The position numbers were made by a program, and so were the translations under genes. A stretch of 64,000 nt of DNA from Oscillospiraceae bacterium (lineage in GTDB: Bacteria > Bacillota > Clostridia > Oscillospirales > UBA929). The notes beneath the pieces were generated by a model. The model saw nothing but the letters and a program-made list of their open reading frames with translations. It did no database searches and was not told the origin of the DNA. The stretch lies in assembly GCA_009782215.1 (NCBI GenBank), contig WRKO01000002.1, forward strand, positions 111,850 to 175,849, given 5' to 3'. Shown in pieces: positions 19,441-28,972 of this stretch (positions are counted from its first letter, which is position 1; every line of letters starts with the position of its first letter).

Positions 19441-19516
19441 GGGTTTAATTCTTTTTTTGCGGCGGCGCATAAAAAGAAGGCCTTGGTGCAGACTGACGGT
19501 ATGAAGGAGGCGCCGG

Positions 19517-19756
19517 ATGGACGTCGTAACAAACGAAGAAACAAAGCTGGTGGAGGTTTGGCTGTCACGCGCCGAGTCGTCGAGCGGCCTTATCCGCGAT
19601 TGGTTAAAGGCTTGCTTCCCGAGCTGCAAAAGGCAAGGCTACCGCGTCGTCGTGTTTGAATCCGGCCAGCGGGATTTGTTCGCGGCCACGCGCGACTTGC
19701 TTTTGGAAAACCGAATGTGGCCCGCATCCCGGAAACCCCATAACAGCGCCCGATAA
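19517..19756 (+). CDS. hypothetical 79-aa protein
   Basis: GAAGGAGG RBS and a terminator directly after the stop. No family recognised by eye. Confidence 0.55.
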   Translation: MDVVTNEETKLVEVWLSRAESSSGLIRDWLKACFPSCKRQGYRVVVFESGQRDLFAATRDLLLENRMWPASRKPHNSAR

Positions 19757-19757
19757 G

Positions 19758-19783
19758 ACGGCCCGATTCCGGGTCGTTTTTTT
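19758..19783 (+). terminator. rho-independent terminator
   Basis: ACGGCCCG-ATTC-CGGGTCGT hairpin followed by TTTTTTT. Confidence 0.6.
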
Positions 19784-19817
19784 CGCGTCCGCAGATAGTC
19801 TTACACATGAAAACGGC

Positions 19818-20525
19818 TCATTCATCCCACAACTGTTTCAAAAACGCTTTTTGCGCCGCTTTGGAATAAGCGCGGCTGACAGGAATTTTTCTCCCGTTCA
19901 TGGCAATGGCGTCCGTGCGGGTCAGCTCCCGTATCTGCCTCATATTGACGGCATAGCCGACATGGCAGCGGGTGATTGCGCTCCCCGGCAGGCTTTCCAG
20001 CAAATCGGACAGCTTGCCGGAAACCTCGGCCGTCCCGTTGGTCATGGCGATTTTCACGCGCCTGCCTGTGTTTTCGAGGTATAAGATGTCCTTTGCCGGT
20101 ATTCGCAGATTTTGCGCGCCGGACTTGACAATGAGAAACGGCTGATGAGACCGTCTTTGATGGTCTGCTTCAATCAGCCGTTCCAGCGCGGCGGCGTCCA
20201 AGGGCTTCATCAGATAATGGAGCGCGTTGACGTCATACCCGTGCAGGGCATAGTCAGGATTGGACGTGACAAAGACGATGGCGGCGGAGTTGTCATGCCC
20301 GCGTATTTTCCGGGCCAGCTCCATACCGTCGGTTTCGTCCATCATAATATCCAGCAGCAGCAAATCGTACCGTTCCCCGCCGGAGAAGGCATCCCAAAAA
20401 GCCGCGCTTGCTTCAAACACGGATAGCTGATATTCTATATTCAGCCTTTCCAGAATCGCGCGGCAGGCGGCTTCCTGCTCGCGGCGGATAAACGCTTCGT
20501 CTTCGCAAATGGCCACTCTGTACAC
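19818..20525 (-). CDS. LytTR-family response regulator (paralog 1)
   Basis: Start trimmed to the GTG at 20525 (GGAGGTGA upstream), giving VYRVAICEDE..., parallel to paralog 2. Receiver domain plus a C-terminal LytTR DNA-binding domain. Confidence 0.85.
   Translation of the reverse strand: MYRVAICEDEAFIRREQEAACRAILERLNIEYQLSVFEASAAFWDAFSGGERYDLLLLDIMMDETDGMELARKIRGHDNSAAIVFVTSNPDYALHGYDVNALHYLMKPLDAAALERLIEADHQRRSHQPFLIVKSGAQNLRIPAKDILYLENTGRRVKIAMTNGTAEVSGKLSDLLESLPGSAITRCHVGYAVNMRQIRELTRTDAIAMNGRKIPVSRAYSKAAQKAFLKQLWDE
20171..20387. repeat. 217-bp inverted repeat, copy A (inside the receiver domain of LytTR regulator 1)
   Basis: Its reverse complement aligns without gaps to 22277-22493, with about 15 mismatches by hand count. 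Confidence 0.85.
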
Positions 20526-20680
20526 GTCTCTCACCTCCGCTTGACACATTATATCACCTGATGCGCGGAAAAGAAAGCGGCCCGACGGATACCTGTTTTG
20601 ACGTTTTTTTGACCAACTTTGCAGGGCCCGTAGAAAAACGCGGGGATTTATGCTTTGCTTATAGAGGGCGGTGAAAGCCA

Positions 20681-22126
20681 ATGGGGAAATTCAAAGCGCG
20701 GATATGGCTCTGCCTGCTGACGGCGGCAATCCTTGCGGCGCTGATTTATTTCGGCATGGCGCGGGCGTATATCCCACTTTCGCAAGGAGAACCTATTGAA
20801 GGCGGCTTGTTGGACAGAAACCTGTACGCGGGGGAGCGGAGACCGCCCAACAGGTTCTACGCGACCCTGTGGGACGACTTTGATTTGGCCGAGGTTTATA
20901 CCTGTTTCTTTTTAGGCGTTTTGTGTTTCGCGCTGGGCGTCATCCGCGCGTTTAACAGGCTCGGTTACCGGCGGATACTGCTGCTTGCGCTTTTCTCCGT
21001 ATTGTTTTCGCTGATGTCGTTTTCCATGACGGAGCCTGCGGGGGTCGCGCCGGAGTTTCTTTTTTATCTGCATTGGGCATCCTTTTTCCTATACCCCGCC
21101 GCGCTTCTCCTGCATTTTTTCTGTTATCTCCGCGCCGCGCTGCGAAAATGGCTGTGGCCGCCCGTTCTTCTGCTTGCGGGCTACGCCGCGGCGGCCTTTT
21201 TGATGTATTTTGTGTTCGGGCTGCCGTTTGATGTGCCGGAAAGACTGTATACACTGCTTTCACTCGCTTCCGCCGTGCTGTATTTGACCGTGGGGCTGTT
21301 TGCGGCAAGAGACAAAAACGCGGCTTGGTATATGCGCGGAATTTCCGCTTATTGGGTTGTTTGGCTTGTGTATCTGGCAATCAAAGCGCAGGCAGGCAAT
21401 GTCGTTTCCCTGCACAATGAGTTCAAGACCGCCTTTGTGGTCAGCGCGGCGTTGATGATGTGCTATCTGTTGTTCGTCAACACGCGCGAACTGGCCGGGT
21501 ATCGTTCGGGGCTGCACATGATGGAGATTAAAAATGATTTTCTGCAACAGAATTATCAGACCCTTGAGAGCCATTTTACGCAGATTGCGCGGATGAAGCA
21601 CGAGATGCGTCACCATCTGTTCGCTATTCGCACCTTTTTCAAAAACAGCGATTATGAGCGGCTGGATCGATATCTTTCTGATGTTCAAGCCGGATTTGCG
21701 GAGATTGAGGAGCCGGTGGCCTGCGGCAATCGCGTCATACAAGCCGTTCTCGGCCACGCCGCCCGCCGTGCCCAAGACATGGGCTTTGACATCGGGTTTG
21801 ACGTTCTGCCCCTGCCGCCCCTGTCCGTTCCAGACGCCGACCTTGTGAGTCTGTTTATGAACGTATTGGACAACGCTTTGGAAAGCTGCGCGAATGTACA
21901 AGACGCCGAAAAACGGTGGATAACGGTTCGGCTCAAAACGCGACCGCCCTATCTATGCTTATCGGTTCGCAACGCCATCGGCAAGCCGGACGGCGAAAAG
22001 GATCCCGTGCTGCGCGGCCACGGCGTTGAAATCGTCCGTAAAATAGCGGAAAAGCACGGCGGGGTTGCTTTGTTTGAGCATACGGAGGACACGTTCAGCG
22101 CGGAAGTCGCGCTGCCCGCGATATAG
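20681..22126 (+). CDS. membrane sensor histidine kinase, AgrC/LytS-like GHKL type (paralog 1)
   Basis: 481 aa. Multi-TM N-terminal half, H-box region MKHEMRHHLFAI, GHKL ATPase C-terminus (NVLDNALES...GHGVEIVRKIAEKHGG). Confidence 0.85.
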   Translation: MGKFKARIWLCLLTAAILAALIYFGMARAYIPLSQGEPIEGGLLDRNLYAGERRPPNRFYATLWDDFDLAEVYTCFFLGVLCFALGVIRAFNRLGYRRILLLALFSVLFSLMSFSMTEPAGVAPEFLFYLHWASFFLYPAALLLHFFCYLRAALRKWLWPPVLLLAGYAAAAFLMYFVFGLPFDVPERLYTLLSLASAVLYLTVGLFAARDKNAAWYMRGISAYWVVWLVYLAIKAQAGNVVSLHNEFKTAFVVSAALMMCYLLFVNTRELAGYRSGLHMMEIKNDFLQQNYQTLESHFTQIARMKHEMRHHLFAIRTFFKNSDYERLDRYLSDVQAGFAEIEEPVACGNRVIQAVLGHAARRAQDMGFDIGFDVLPLPPLSVPDADLVSLFMNVLDNALESCANVQDAEKRWITVRLKTRPPYLCLSVRNAIGKPDGEKDPVLRGHGVEIVRKIAEKHGGVALFEHTEDTFSAEVALPAI

Positions 22127-22138
22127 AGGAGACACGCT

Positions 22139-22834
22139 ATGTACAGGGTTGCCGTCTGTGAAGATGAAAGGGTCTTTTCCGAAGAACACGAGCGGGTCTG
22201 CCGCGGGGTTTTGGAAAAGCTGAATATAGAGCATCAAATCTCCGTGTTTGAAACCGGCGCGGCGTTTTGGGCGGCTTTCTCCGGCGGGGAACGGTACGAT
22301 TTGCTGCTGTTGGATATTATGATGGACGAAACCGACGGTATGGAGCTGGCCCGAAGAATACGCGAGGTTGACAACGCCGCCGCCATCGTTTTTGTCACGT
22401 CCAATACCGACTATGCCCTGCACGGGTATGACGTCAACGCGCTCCATTACCTGATGAAGCCTTTGGACGGCGGCGCGCTGGAGCGGCTGATTGCGTCGGA
22501 TTACGCAAGACGGGTTCAGCCTCAGCGTCTTGTGTTCAAGTCGGGCAAGCAAAGCTTGAATATCCCGATGGAGGAGATTGTCTGCCTTGAAACGGTCGGG
22601 AAGCGCGTGGCCATCACGCTTTTGAACGAAACGCTCGATTGCTCCGGCAATCTTTTGGAGCTGCTGAAGGGGCAAAGCCGGCTGATTCGCTGTCACAAAT
22701 CCTTTGCCGTCAACGCGGGCAATATACGGGAGCTTATGCGGACGGACGCCGTCGCCGTGAACGGGAAAACGATTCCTGTCAGCCGCACCTATTTCAAAGA
22801 CGTTCAAAGGGCTTTTCTCAGACAGATTCGGTGA
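22139..22834 (+). CDS. LytTR-family response regulator (paralog 2)
   Basis: 231 aa: MYRVAVCEDE..., receiver domain plus LytTR domain. Confidence 0.9.
   Translation: MYRVAVCEDERVFSEEHERVCRGVLEKLNIEHQISVFETGAAFWAAFSGGERYDLLLLDIMMDETDGMELARRIREVDNAAAIVFVTSNTDYALHGYDVNALHYLMKPLDGGALERLIASDYARRVQPQRLVFKSGKQSLNIPMEEIVCLETVGKRVAITLLNETLDCSGNLLELLKGQSRLIRCHKSFAVNAGNIRELMRTDAVAVNGKTIPVSRTYFKDVQRAFLRQIR
22277..22493. repeat. 217-bp inverted repeat, copy B (inside the receiver domain of LytTR regulator 2)
   Basis: Partner of 20171-20387. Confidence 0.85.
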
Positions 22835-22896
22835 CGCCGCCGTGTCCCGGCCTTCGGCGGGACACGGACATGCCGTACAGAAACGCGGGGGATAAC

Positions 22897-24675
22897 ATGA
22901 AGCAATGGATTAAGCGGCTGCGGGACACGGAGCGGGAAACCGTTTTGTTTATCATGCTGCTCCTGCTTTGCGGCGGCTGTATCTTCGGGTTCCTGCGGCT
23001 GTATTTCGGCTCATACATCCGTCCGTATCAGGCGGAGGCCGTGATTGACCTGTCGGGGGGCTGGCATTACGGCGCGGACGGAACGGAGACTCGCCCTGCG
23101 GCGGGCGAAACCATGACGCTGTACCGCATCTTGGAGGAGGAGACGGAGAACGCCGTCGTCCTCGTCCGGGCAAACCATCAGACGGTCAGCGTATTCCTAG
23201 ACGGTGAACCGCTGTATGCGGACGCGCCGATCCCGCCGGGGCAAAATCCGGGTATGGCGCTGCACTTTATCCCGCTGCCGGGGGATTATCTGCACAAAAC
23301 ACTCTCTATCGAACTGACGTCGCCTTACGCGCTCTACTCCGGGCGGACGGGGCCTGTTTTGATGGGGACGGTGCAGTCTTTGGAGGCGTTCGTCCTCTCA
23401 CACTCTATGCGCTCGGTTATTTTGATGGCCATGTGCCTGCTGATGGGGCTGCTGACGATTGCGCTGACCTTTATGCAGGCGCTGTTTGGCAGCAGCCGCC
23501 CGCAAAATCTGGCGATTGGCGTTTTCGCCGTGATATGGGCGCTGTATTATGTCTGCACGGAGTATATCGTCTTTCTGTTTTTCTCGCCGTTTTGGATGTC
23601 CGCGCTCAGTTTGGGGCTGTATTTCTCCTTTCAGGCGCCGCTGACGCTCTATTTCTACCTCTCCTTCCGCCGCTACAAACGGTGGATGCTGCCCGCCGTC
23701 GTTCTGCACGCCGGGTTTCCGGCGGCGGCGATACTGCTCCAAATATCGGGCGTTGTGGATTTGCCGCGCCTCCTCAACCTCAACAACATCCTTTTGACGG
23801 GGCTGATTTACACCATCGCGCTCGTGGCGCTGGAGGCGTATCACAAAAACCGGGCGATGCTGTTCGCGCTGCCCTTCCTAGCCGTCGCCTATGTCTCCAT
23901 GCTCGTCAATTTTCAAATCTTCTACACGCGGCACGGCGTGCCGCCCTACTCGTACAGGGACACCTACTTCCTGCTCATTCTGTGCGTGCTGGGCTACAAC
24001 ACCCAGCAGTTTTTCAGCCTTTATTACCGGGGGCGGCAGGAGAACGAAGCCCTCGCGCTCCAGCACCGTTTGGCGGCGGACAGCCATGAGCGTCTCAAAA
24101 CCCACCTTCAAGAGGTGGGCGGGCTGAAGCATGAAATGAAAAACCACCTCTCCGCGCTGCAAACCTACCTCAAAGACGGGCGGTACGCCGAGGCGGCGGG
24201 CTACCTTGAAACCTGCACGGGACAGGCCGCTTCCGTTACCGGAGACACGTATCACGAACACTACATCATCAACGCGCTGGCGGGCGACCTGCTCCGCAGG
24301 GCGGGGGAGCTTGGCATACAGACCGAGCTGCGCCTCATCGCGTCGCCCATCAGCGTCGCCGCGCCCGACCTCTACAGCCTGCTCTCCAACATCATCGACA
24401 ACGCGCTCGAAGCCTGCTCCAAGCTCCCCGAATCCCGCAACCGCTTCATCCGCCTCACCATCTCCCGCCGCGCGCCCTACCTCATTATCGCCTGCGCCAA
24501 TAGCTGGGACGGGCAAATCCACCATGAGGAGGGCGTCATCAAAAGCGCCAAAAAAGCAGAGGGCCACGGCTACGGCCTATGGACGATCAACCGCATCACC
24601 GAGCAATACGGCGGCCTGACCGACACCGACTACGACAAACATATTTTCACCCTCACAGCCGCCCTTAGGGACTAA
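22897..24675 (+). CDS. membrane sensor histidine kinase, GHKL type (paralog 2)
   Basis: Start placed at the ATG at 22897 (GGGGGA RBS; 22870 is an alternative). Multi-TM region, H-box LKHEMKNHLSAL, ATPase domain (IIDNALEAC...GHGYGLWTINRITEQYGG). Confidence 0.82.
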   Translation: MKQWIKRLRDTERETVLFIMLLLLCGGCIFGFLRLYFGSYIRPYQAEAVIDLSGGWHYGADGTETRPAAGETMTLYRILEEETENAVVLVRANHQTVSVFLDGEPLYADAPIPPGQNPGMALHFIPLPGDYLHKTLSIELTSPYALYSGRTGPVLMGTVQSLEAFVLSHSMRSVILMAMCLLMGLLTIALTFMQALFGSSRPQNLAIGVFAVIWALYYVCTEYIVFLFFSPFWMSALSLGLYFSFQAPLTLYFYLSFRRYKRWMLPAVVLHAGFPAAAILLQISGVVDLPRLLNLNNILLTGLIYTIALVALEAYHKNRAMLFALPFLAVAYVSMLVNFQIFYTRHGVPPYSYRDTYFLLILCVLGYNTQQFFSLYYRGRQENEALALQHRLAADSHERLKTHLQEVGGLKHEMKNHLSALQTYLKDGRYAEAAGYLETCTGQAASVTGDTYHEHYIINALAGDLLRRAGELGIQTELRLIASPISVAAPDLYSLLSNIIDNALEACSKLPESRNRFIRLTISRRAPYLIIACANSWDGQIHHEEGVIKSAKKAEGHGYGLWTINRITEQYGGLTDTDYDKHIFTLTAALRD

Positions 24676-24782
24676 ATCGTACGTGTTAAGCCCGTTTTTT
24701 AACCAAGATTGCACAAGGCCTTGAGTTTGACTCCCTTTGGTTCGTATACTGTTGTATATAAACCGAAAGGAGTCGTTTTATT

Positions 24783-27560
24783 ATGAAACGCATCATTTCC
24801 CTCACCCTAGCACTCGTCATGGCCCTCGGCCTGACCACCCTCCCCGCGCACGAGGCGCGGGCGGATGAACCGGCAGAAATCAACTTCGACGCCACGGGCT
24901 TCTGGACCAGCGACCAAACAGGCACCGGCTGGAGCTATGCCGAGTCAACCGGCGTCGTCACCATCGCAGACGGCGCAAACGTCAGGATTGTGGGGCAAGC
25001 CAACTACAACCAGCGCATCGAAGTCAACGGCACGGCAACCATCACCTTGGGCGGCGTAACCATTGATGGGGCTTTCCAAAGCCAAGCCGGCGCGATGACG
25101 GTGAACGGCGGCGCGAATGTGACGCTGAACCTCGGCGGCTCGCATAACTTCTTCTCGGCGGAAGCCGCCCAATTCGGCCAAGCGGGCATCCAAGTCTTTG
25201 TGGGTGCAACACTTACCATCACCGGAGAAGGCAGCCTGACGGCCACGGGCAAATACGGTTCGGGTATCGGCGGCGGCGACAACGGATACTGCGGCAGCAT
25301 CTCTATAGGCGGCGACGTGACGGTTACGGCCACAGGCGGTACCTCACAGGGCGCGGCAGGCATTGGCACCGGCTTTACCACCAACCAAGGGACGGGAACA
25401 ATCACCATAAACGGTAACGCGACGGTCACGGCCACAGGCGGGAGCGGAAACGGGTACTCGCCGGGCATCGGCGGCTCAAGCGTTATCATCGGCAACGACA
25501 AAACCACCAACGAAGAGGGCACAGTCATCGTCACCGCCATAGGCGGCAACGGCGGCGGGTCTTCCTCGCTGGCGGGGAATGTCACCGTCACCGGACGGTA
25601 TGACACCTTTACCAACGGGGCAAGTGTTCCCGACGGCGGCACACCTTCGGCAAGGGTGAACTTCACCAACAACGAGGGCTGGAAATATGTCATGCTCTCG
25701 CCTCCCGCGCCGGACACAGTCCCGCCAACCCTCTCGATTACGGAACACATGTATAGTCACGGACATCAAGACGGTCGCGTGCGTGTCAGTGACAACCCCC
25801 AATTTGGCTTTAGGTTCGACGAGGAAATGGATAAAGGCACAATAGGAACGGTGGCAATCTCCCCCGCGCTTCTCGACGGAGATGTGAATATTCAGTCATC
25901 CGGGTGGAGTAGTATTGGAATGGTCAGGGTTTATTTTAACAACGGGCAGTTGGCGTACAACACGGAGTATACCATCACGATAACCGGCTACAAGGACTTA
26001 GCGGGCAACCCAATGCACACATTCACGCACACCTTCCTCACGGAGTATAAGCCCATCGCCAGCGCCGCCATCGTTGTCCACGAGCCGGAAATCGGCGAGA
26101 CGCTGAACGACGAAGTCATCAGCCATGACGGTGAAACGAAAAACTACACCATCAGCAAGGTGACGTGGGTAGAGACAGGCTCAGGGCCGAAAGACGGCAC
26201 GATAGCAGACAACAGCTACTATGACGCCAGCGTCACGCTGACCAAGACAGACGACGAATATGAGTTTACGGAAACCTTCGCCGCGACGATTAACGGAGAA
26301 ACCGCGACAGTGGCAAGCCGTACTAAGGACACAATCACCATACGTTATGTGTTCTCCACGGGCGATACGCCCATTCAAACCGCCGCGGTTTCGATTACAG
26401 CGCCGAGGGCTGGCGTCGCGCCGTCCACGACGGCGACGGCTGACAGCGCGGGCTTCACCTGCGGCACAGTCACATGGAACCCGGCTGATAATCCGTTCGA
26501 GGGCGAAACGGAGTACACCGCCACGGTGACCCTGACGGCTAAAGACAAGTTTGTATTTTTCGGGACTCCCACCGTGACCGTAAACGGGAAAGCCGCGACG
26601 ACGGTTGTGCTTAACGATGACGATGGGACATTTACGGTCACATTGACGTACAAGTTCCCCGCGACGGGGGCGTCGGGCATTGGCACCATCGGCTTTACCG
26701 ACGATTCCGCGCCGCATATCAACCTTGCGGCGGAGACCATCTTCCTGCCGGCGGACTTCAAGGTGGAGGCGTACAGCGTGGACGGCGGGAACAAGTGGAA
26801 GAAGGGCGCGCTGCCGACGGGCGCTAAGTTCAGCAATCTGTTCAACAAAACGCTGGAGCTGTGGGTTTCCGACCAGTTGGACGATAGGGGCAAGGCGATT
26901 ACCAAGAAGGCGGATATCGACGAGACGAAGGTTATCAAGTTTCCGAAGATAGAGGCGCGGGCGAAGACGCTGGTGCCGAAGCCGGGGAAGCTGGCGCCGT
27001 ATTACAGGACGGACGATACGTGGGTGCTGGTTGATAAGGGGCAGTTGACCGCGGAGGAGAGCGCGCTGACGATTTTCAGCGGTGCGGACGGGTTTGAGTA
27101 CGGCAAGCTGGCGAAGGGCGCGAAGGAGCCTGCGGACGGGTATATAGCGATTCCCGCGAGCGGGACGGCGATTGTGCAAGCAAAGGCCGATAAGGAGACT
27201 TGGCTGGTGCGGAAGGCGGCGTATCAAGACACCGACGGGAAATATTACCCGGCGAGCAAGGCGCAGAAGATTTCCCCGGCGATCATGGGCAAAGTACCGA
27301 GCTACAAAGCGCCGACGGCGGCAAAGCCGGTGCTGAAGCTGAAAAAGGGCGACTTTGTGAGCTTCACGGCCGGTGAGCAAACGGTGCGGCTCGGCTCGGT
27401 CTCGGCGAAGCTGGATATTACGATTGTGCATACGGTGACGGACGCGACGAAGGAGATTGCGGGCGGCACGAGCATAACGATATGGAAAGCGGCCACGGGC
27501 AAGAAGCCCGCCTCCCTGCGGCAAACGCTGGATATGCCTGCGATAACGCCTCCGACGTAG
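24783..27560 (+). CDS. large secreted/surface protein with Gly-rich beta-helix-like repeats and Ig-like repeat modules
   Basis: 925 aa. Signal peptide MKRIISLTLALVMALGLTTLPAHEARA. Repeats of the type GDVTVTATGG / GNATVTATGG, then repeated roughly 90-aa modules (VTWNP...TATVTLTAKD...VTLTYKF). No LPXTG or other anchor seen. Confidence 0.75.
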   Translation: MKRIISLTLALVMALGLTTLPAHEARADEPAEINFDATGFWTSDQTGTGWSYAESTGVVTIADGANVRIVGQANYNQRIEVNGTATITLGGVTIDGAFQSQAGAMTVNGGANVTLNLGGSHNFFSAEAAQFGQAGIQVFVGATLTITGEGSLTATGKYGSGIGGGDNGYCGSISIGGDVTVTATGGTSQGAAGIGTGFTTNQGTGTITINGNATVTATGGSGNGYSPGIGGSSVIIGNDKTTNEEGTVIVTAIGGNGGGSSSLAGNVTVTGRYDTFTNGASVPDGGTPSARVNFTNNEGWKYVMLSPPAPDTVPPTLSITEHMYSHGHQDGRVRVSDNPQFGFRFDEEMDKGTIGTVAISPALLDGDVNIQSSGWSSIGMVRVYFNNGQLAYNTEYTITITGYKDLAGNPMHTFTHTFLTEYKPIASAAIVVHEPEIGETLNDEVISHDGETKNYTISKVTWVETGSGPKDGTIADNSYYDASVTLTKTDDEYEFTETFAATINGETATVASRTKDTITIRYVFSTGDTPIQTAAVSITAPRAGVAPSTTATADSAGFTCGTVTWNPADNPFEGETEYTATVTLTAKDKFVFFGTPTVTVNGKAATTVVLNDDDGTFTVTLTYKFPATGASGIGTIGFTDDSAPHINLAAETIFLPADFKVEAYSVDGGNKWKKGALPTGAKFSNLFNKTLELWVSDQLDDRGKAITKKADIDETKVIKFPKIEARAKTLVPKPGKLAPYYRTDDTWVLVDKGQLTAEESALTIFSGADGFEYGKLAKGAKEPADGYIAIPASGTAIVQAKADKETWLVRKAAYQDTDGKYYPASKAQKISPAIMGKVPSYKAPTAAKPVLKLKKGDFVSFTAGEQTVRLGSVSAKLDITIVHTVTDATKEIAGGTSITIWKAATGKKPASLRQTLDMPAITPPT

Positions 27561-27586
27561 GGATTCAGCCGAGCTATAATGAAGAG

Positions 27587-27622
27587 CCACCCGCCGGGAT
27601 ATCCCGGCGGGTGGTGTTTTGT
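27587..27622 (+). terminator. rho-independent terminator between the surface-protein gene and convergent tuf
   Basis: Palindrome CCACCCGCCGGGATATCCCGGCGGGTGG followed by TGTTTTGTGTG. Confidence 0.6.
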
Positions 27623-27635
27623 GTGGGTTGTTGAA

Positions 27636-28838
27636 TCAGTCCGCCACGATTTCGGTTACAACGCCGGAGCCGACGGTGCGACCGCCTTCGCGGATGGCGA
27701 AGCGGAGCTCCTTCTCGATGGCGATGGGGGTGACGAGCTGAACTTCCATCACGATGTTGTCGCCGGGCATACACATTTCAACGCCGTCTGGCAGTTGGAT
27801 GGTGCCGGTCACGTCGGTGGTGCGGAAGTAAAATTGCGGGCGGTAGTTGGGGAAGAACGGGGTGTGGCGGCCGCCCTCTTCCTTGGTGAGGACGTACACT
27901 TGGCCCTTGAAGTGCTTGTGCGGCTTGATGGTGCCGGGTTTGGCAAGCACTTGGCCGCGCTCAACTTCGGTTTTGGCGACGCCGCGCAGCAAGCACCCGG
28001 CGTTGTCACCCGCCTCGGCGTAGTCAAGGGTCTTGTGGAACATCTCAATGCCGGTGACAACCGTTTTGCGGGTGTCGCGGATGCCGACAATCTCAATTTC
28101 CTCGCCCGTCTTGAGGTTTCCGCGCTCAACGCGCCCTGTGACGACGGTGCCGCGCCCCTGAATGGTGAAGACGTCTTCGACCGGCATCAGGAAGGGCAAG
28201 TCGGACTTGCGTTCCGGGGTGGCGATAAAGCTGTCCACCGCGTCCATCAGTTCGGCGACGCAGGCGTACTCCTCGGCGCTCGCGTCGGTAGAGCCGCTTT
28301 CCAGCGCCTTGAGGGCGGAGCCGCGGATGATGGGCGTATCGTCGCCGGGAAATTCGTATTTGCTCAGCAGCTCACGAATCTCCATGTCAACAAGGTCAAG
28401 CAGCTCGGGGTCGTCGACCTGATCGCATTTGTTCATAAAGACAACGATATACGGCACGCCGACCTGACGCGCAAGCAGAATATGCTCGCGGGTCTGCGGC
28501 ATCGGCCCGTCTGCGGCGGAGACGACAAGGATGGCGCCGTCCATCTGTGCCGCGCCGGTAATCATGTTTTTGACGTAGTCGGCGTGGCCGGGGCAGTCAA
28601 CATGAGCGTAGTGGCGCGCGTCGGTCTGGTATTCGACATGAGCCGTATTGATGGTGATGCCGCGTTCTTTCTCCTCGGGAGCCTTGTCAATGGCGTCATA
28701 CGCCTTGAATTCGGCTTTCCCGGCGAAGCCGAGAACCTTGGTGATGGCGGCGGTCAGCGTGGTCTTGCCATGGTCGACGTGACCGATGGTTCCGATGTTT
28801 ACGTGTGGTTTGGTGCGCTCAAATTTTTGCTTTCCCAT
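27636..28838 (-). CDS. tuf: translation elongation factor Tu
   Basis: 400 aa: [33 protein letters not shown]... Confidence 0.98.
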   Translation of the reverse strand: MGKQKFERTKPHVNIGTIGHVDHGKTTLTAAITKVLGFAGKAEFKAYDAIDKAPEEKERGITINTAHVEYQTDARHYAHVDCPGHADYVKNMITGAAQMDGAILVVSAADGPMPQTREHILLARQVGVPYIVVFMNKCDQVDDPELLDLVDMEIRELLSKYEFPGDDTPIIRGSALKALESGSTDASAEEYACVAELMDAVDSFIATPERKSDLPFLMPVEDVFTIQGRGTVVTGRVERGNLKTGEEIEIVGIRDTRKTVVTGIEMFHKTLDYAEAGDNAGCLLRGVAKTEVERGQVLAKPGTIKPHKHFKGQVYVLTKEEGGRHTPFFPNYRPQFYFRTTDVTGTIQLPDGVEMCMPGDNIVMEVQLVTPIAIEKELRFAIREGGRTVGSGVVTEIVAD

Positions 28839-28883
28839 TGCGGTATATCCTCCCTTTTGCTTCCATTGGTATCAGCATTGCCT

Positions 28884-28912
28884 ATTGTATATGATTTTTT
28901 CTGGAATTGCAA
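28884..28912 (-). promoter_or_regulatory. sigma-A-type promoter in the fusA-tuf spacer
   Basis: The minus strand reads TTGCAA-N17-TACAAT, about 45 nt upstream of the tuf ATG. Confidence 0.5.
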
Positions 28913-28972
28913 GCCTTTTTTTATTTTTCCGTCTCTTTTTATAAAACAGAGCTGTTTCAAGGGCTTCCGGGC

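Noticed and set aside
21959-22807. A 282-aa minus-strand ORF that shares a block (HTVGFVHHNIQQQQIVPFPAGE) with ORF 20112-20426, suggesting a conserved protein.
   Set aside because: Both are antisense translations of the two LytTR regulator genes. The shared block simply mirrors the 217-bp inverted repeat.
24676-24782. A promoter or LytTR binding site upstream of the surface-protein gene.
   Set aside because: TTGACT and TATACT/TATATA hexamers are present, but their spacings (12 or 22 nt) do not fit. I could not identify paired 9-bp LytTR repeats by eye.
16397-27622. A prophage or ICE bounded by the recombinase.
   Set aside because: No capsid, terminase, tail, replication, relaxase or type IV secretion genes are present. 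Only Mrr, signalling genes and a surface protein are found, so at most this is a degenerate or minimal island.
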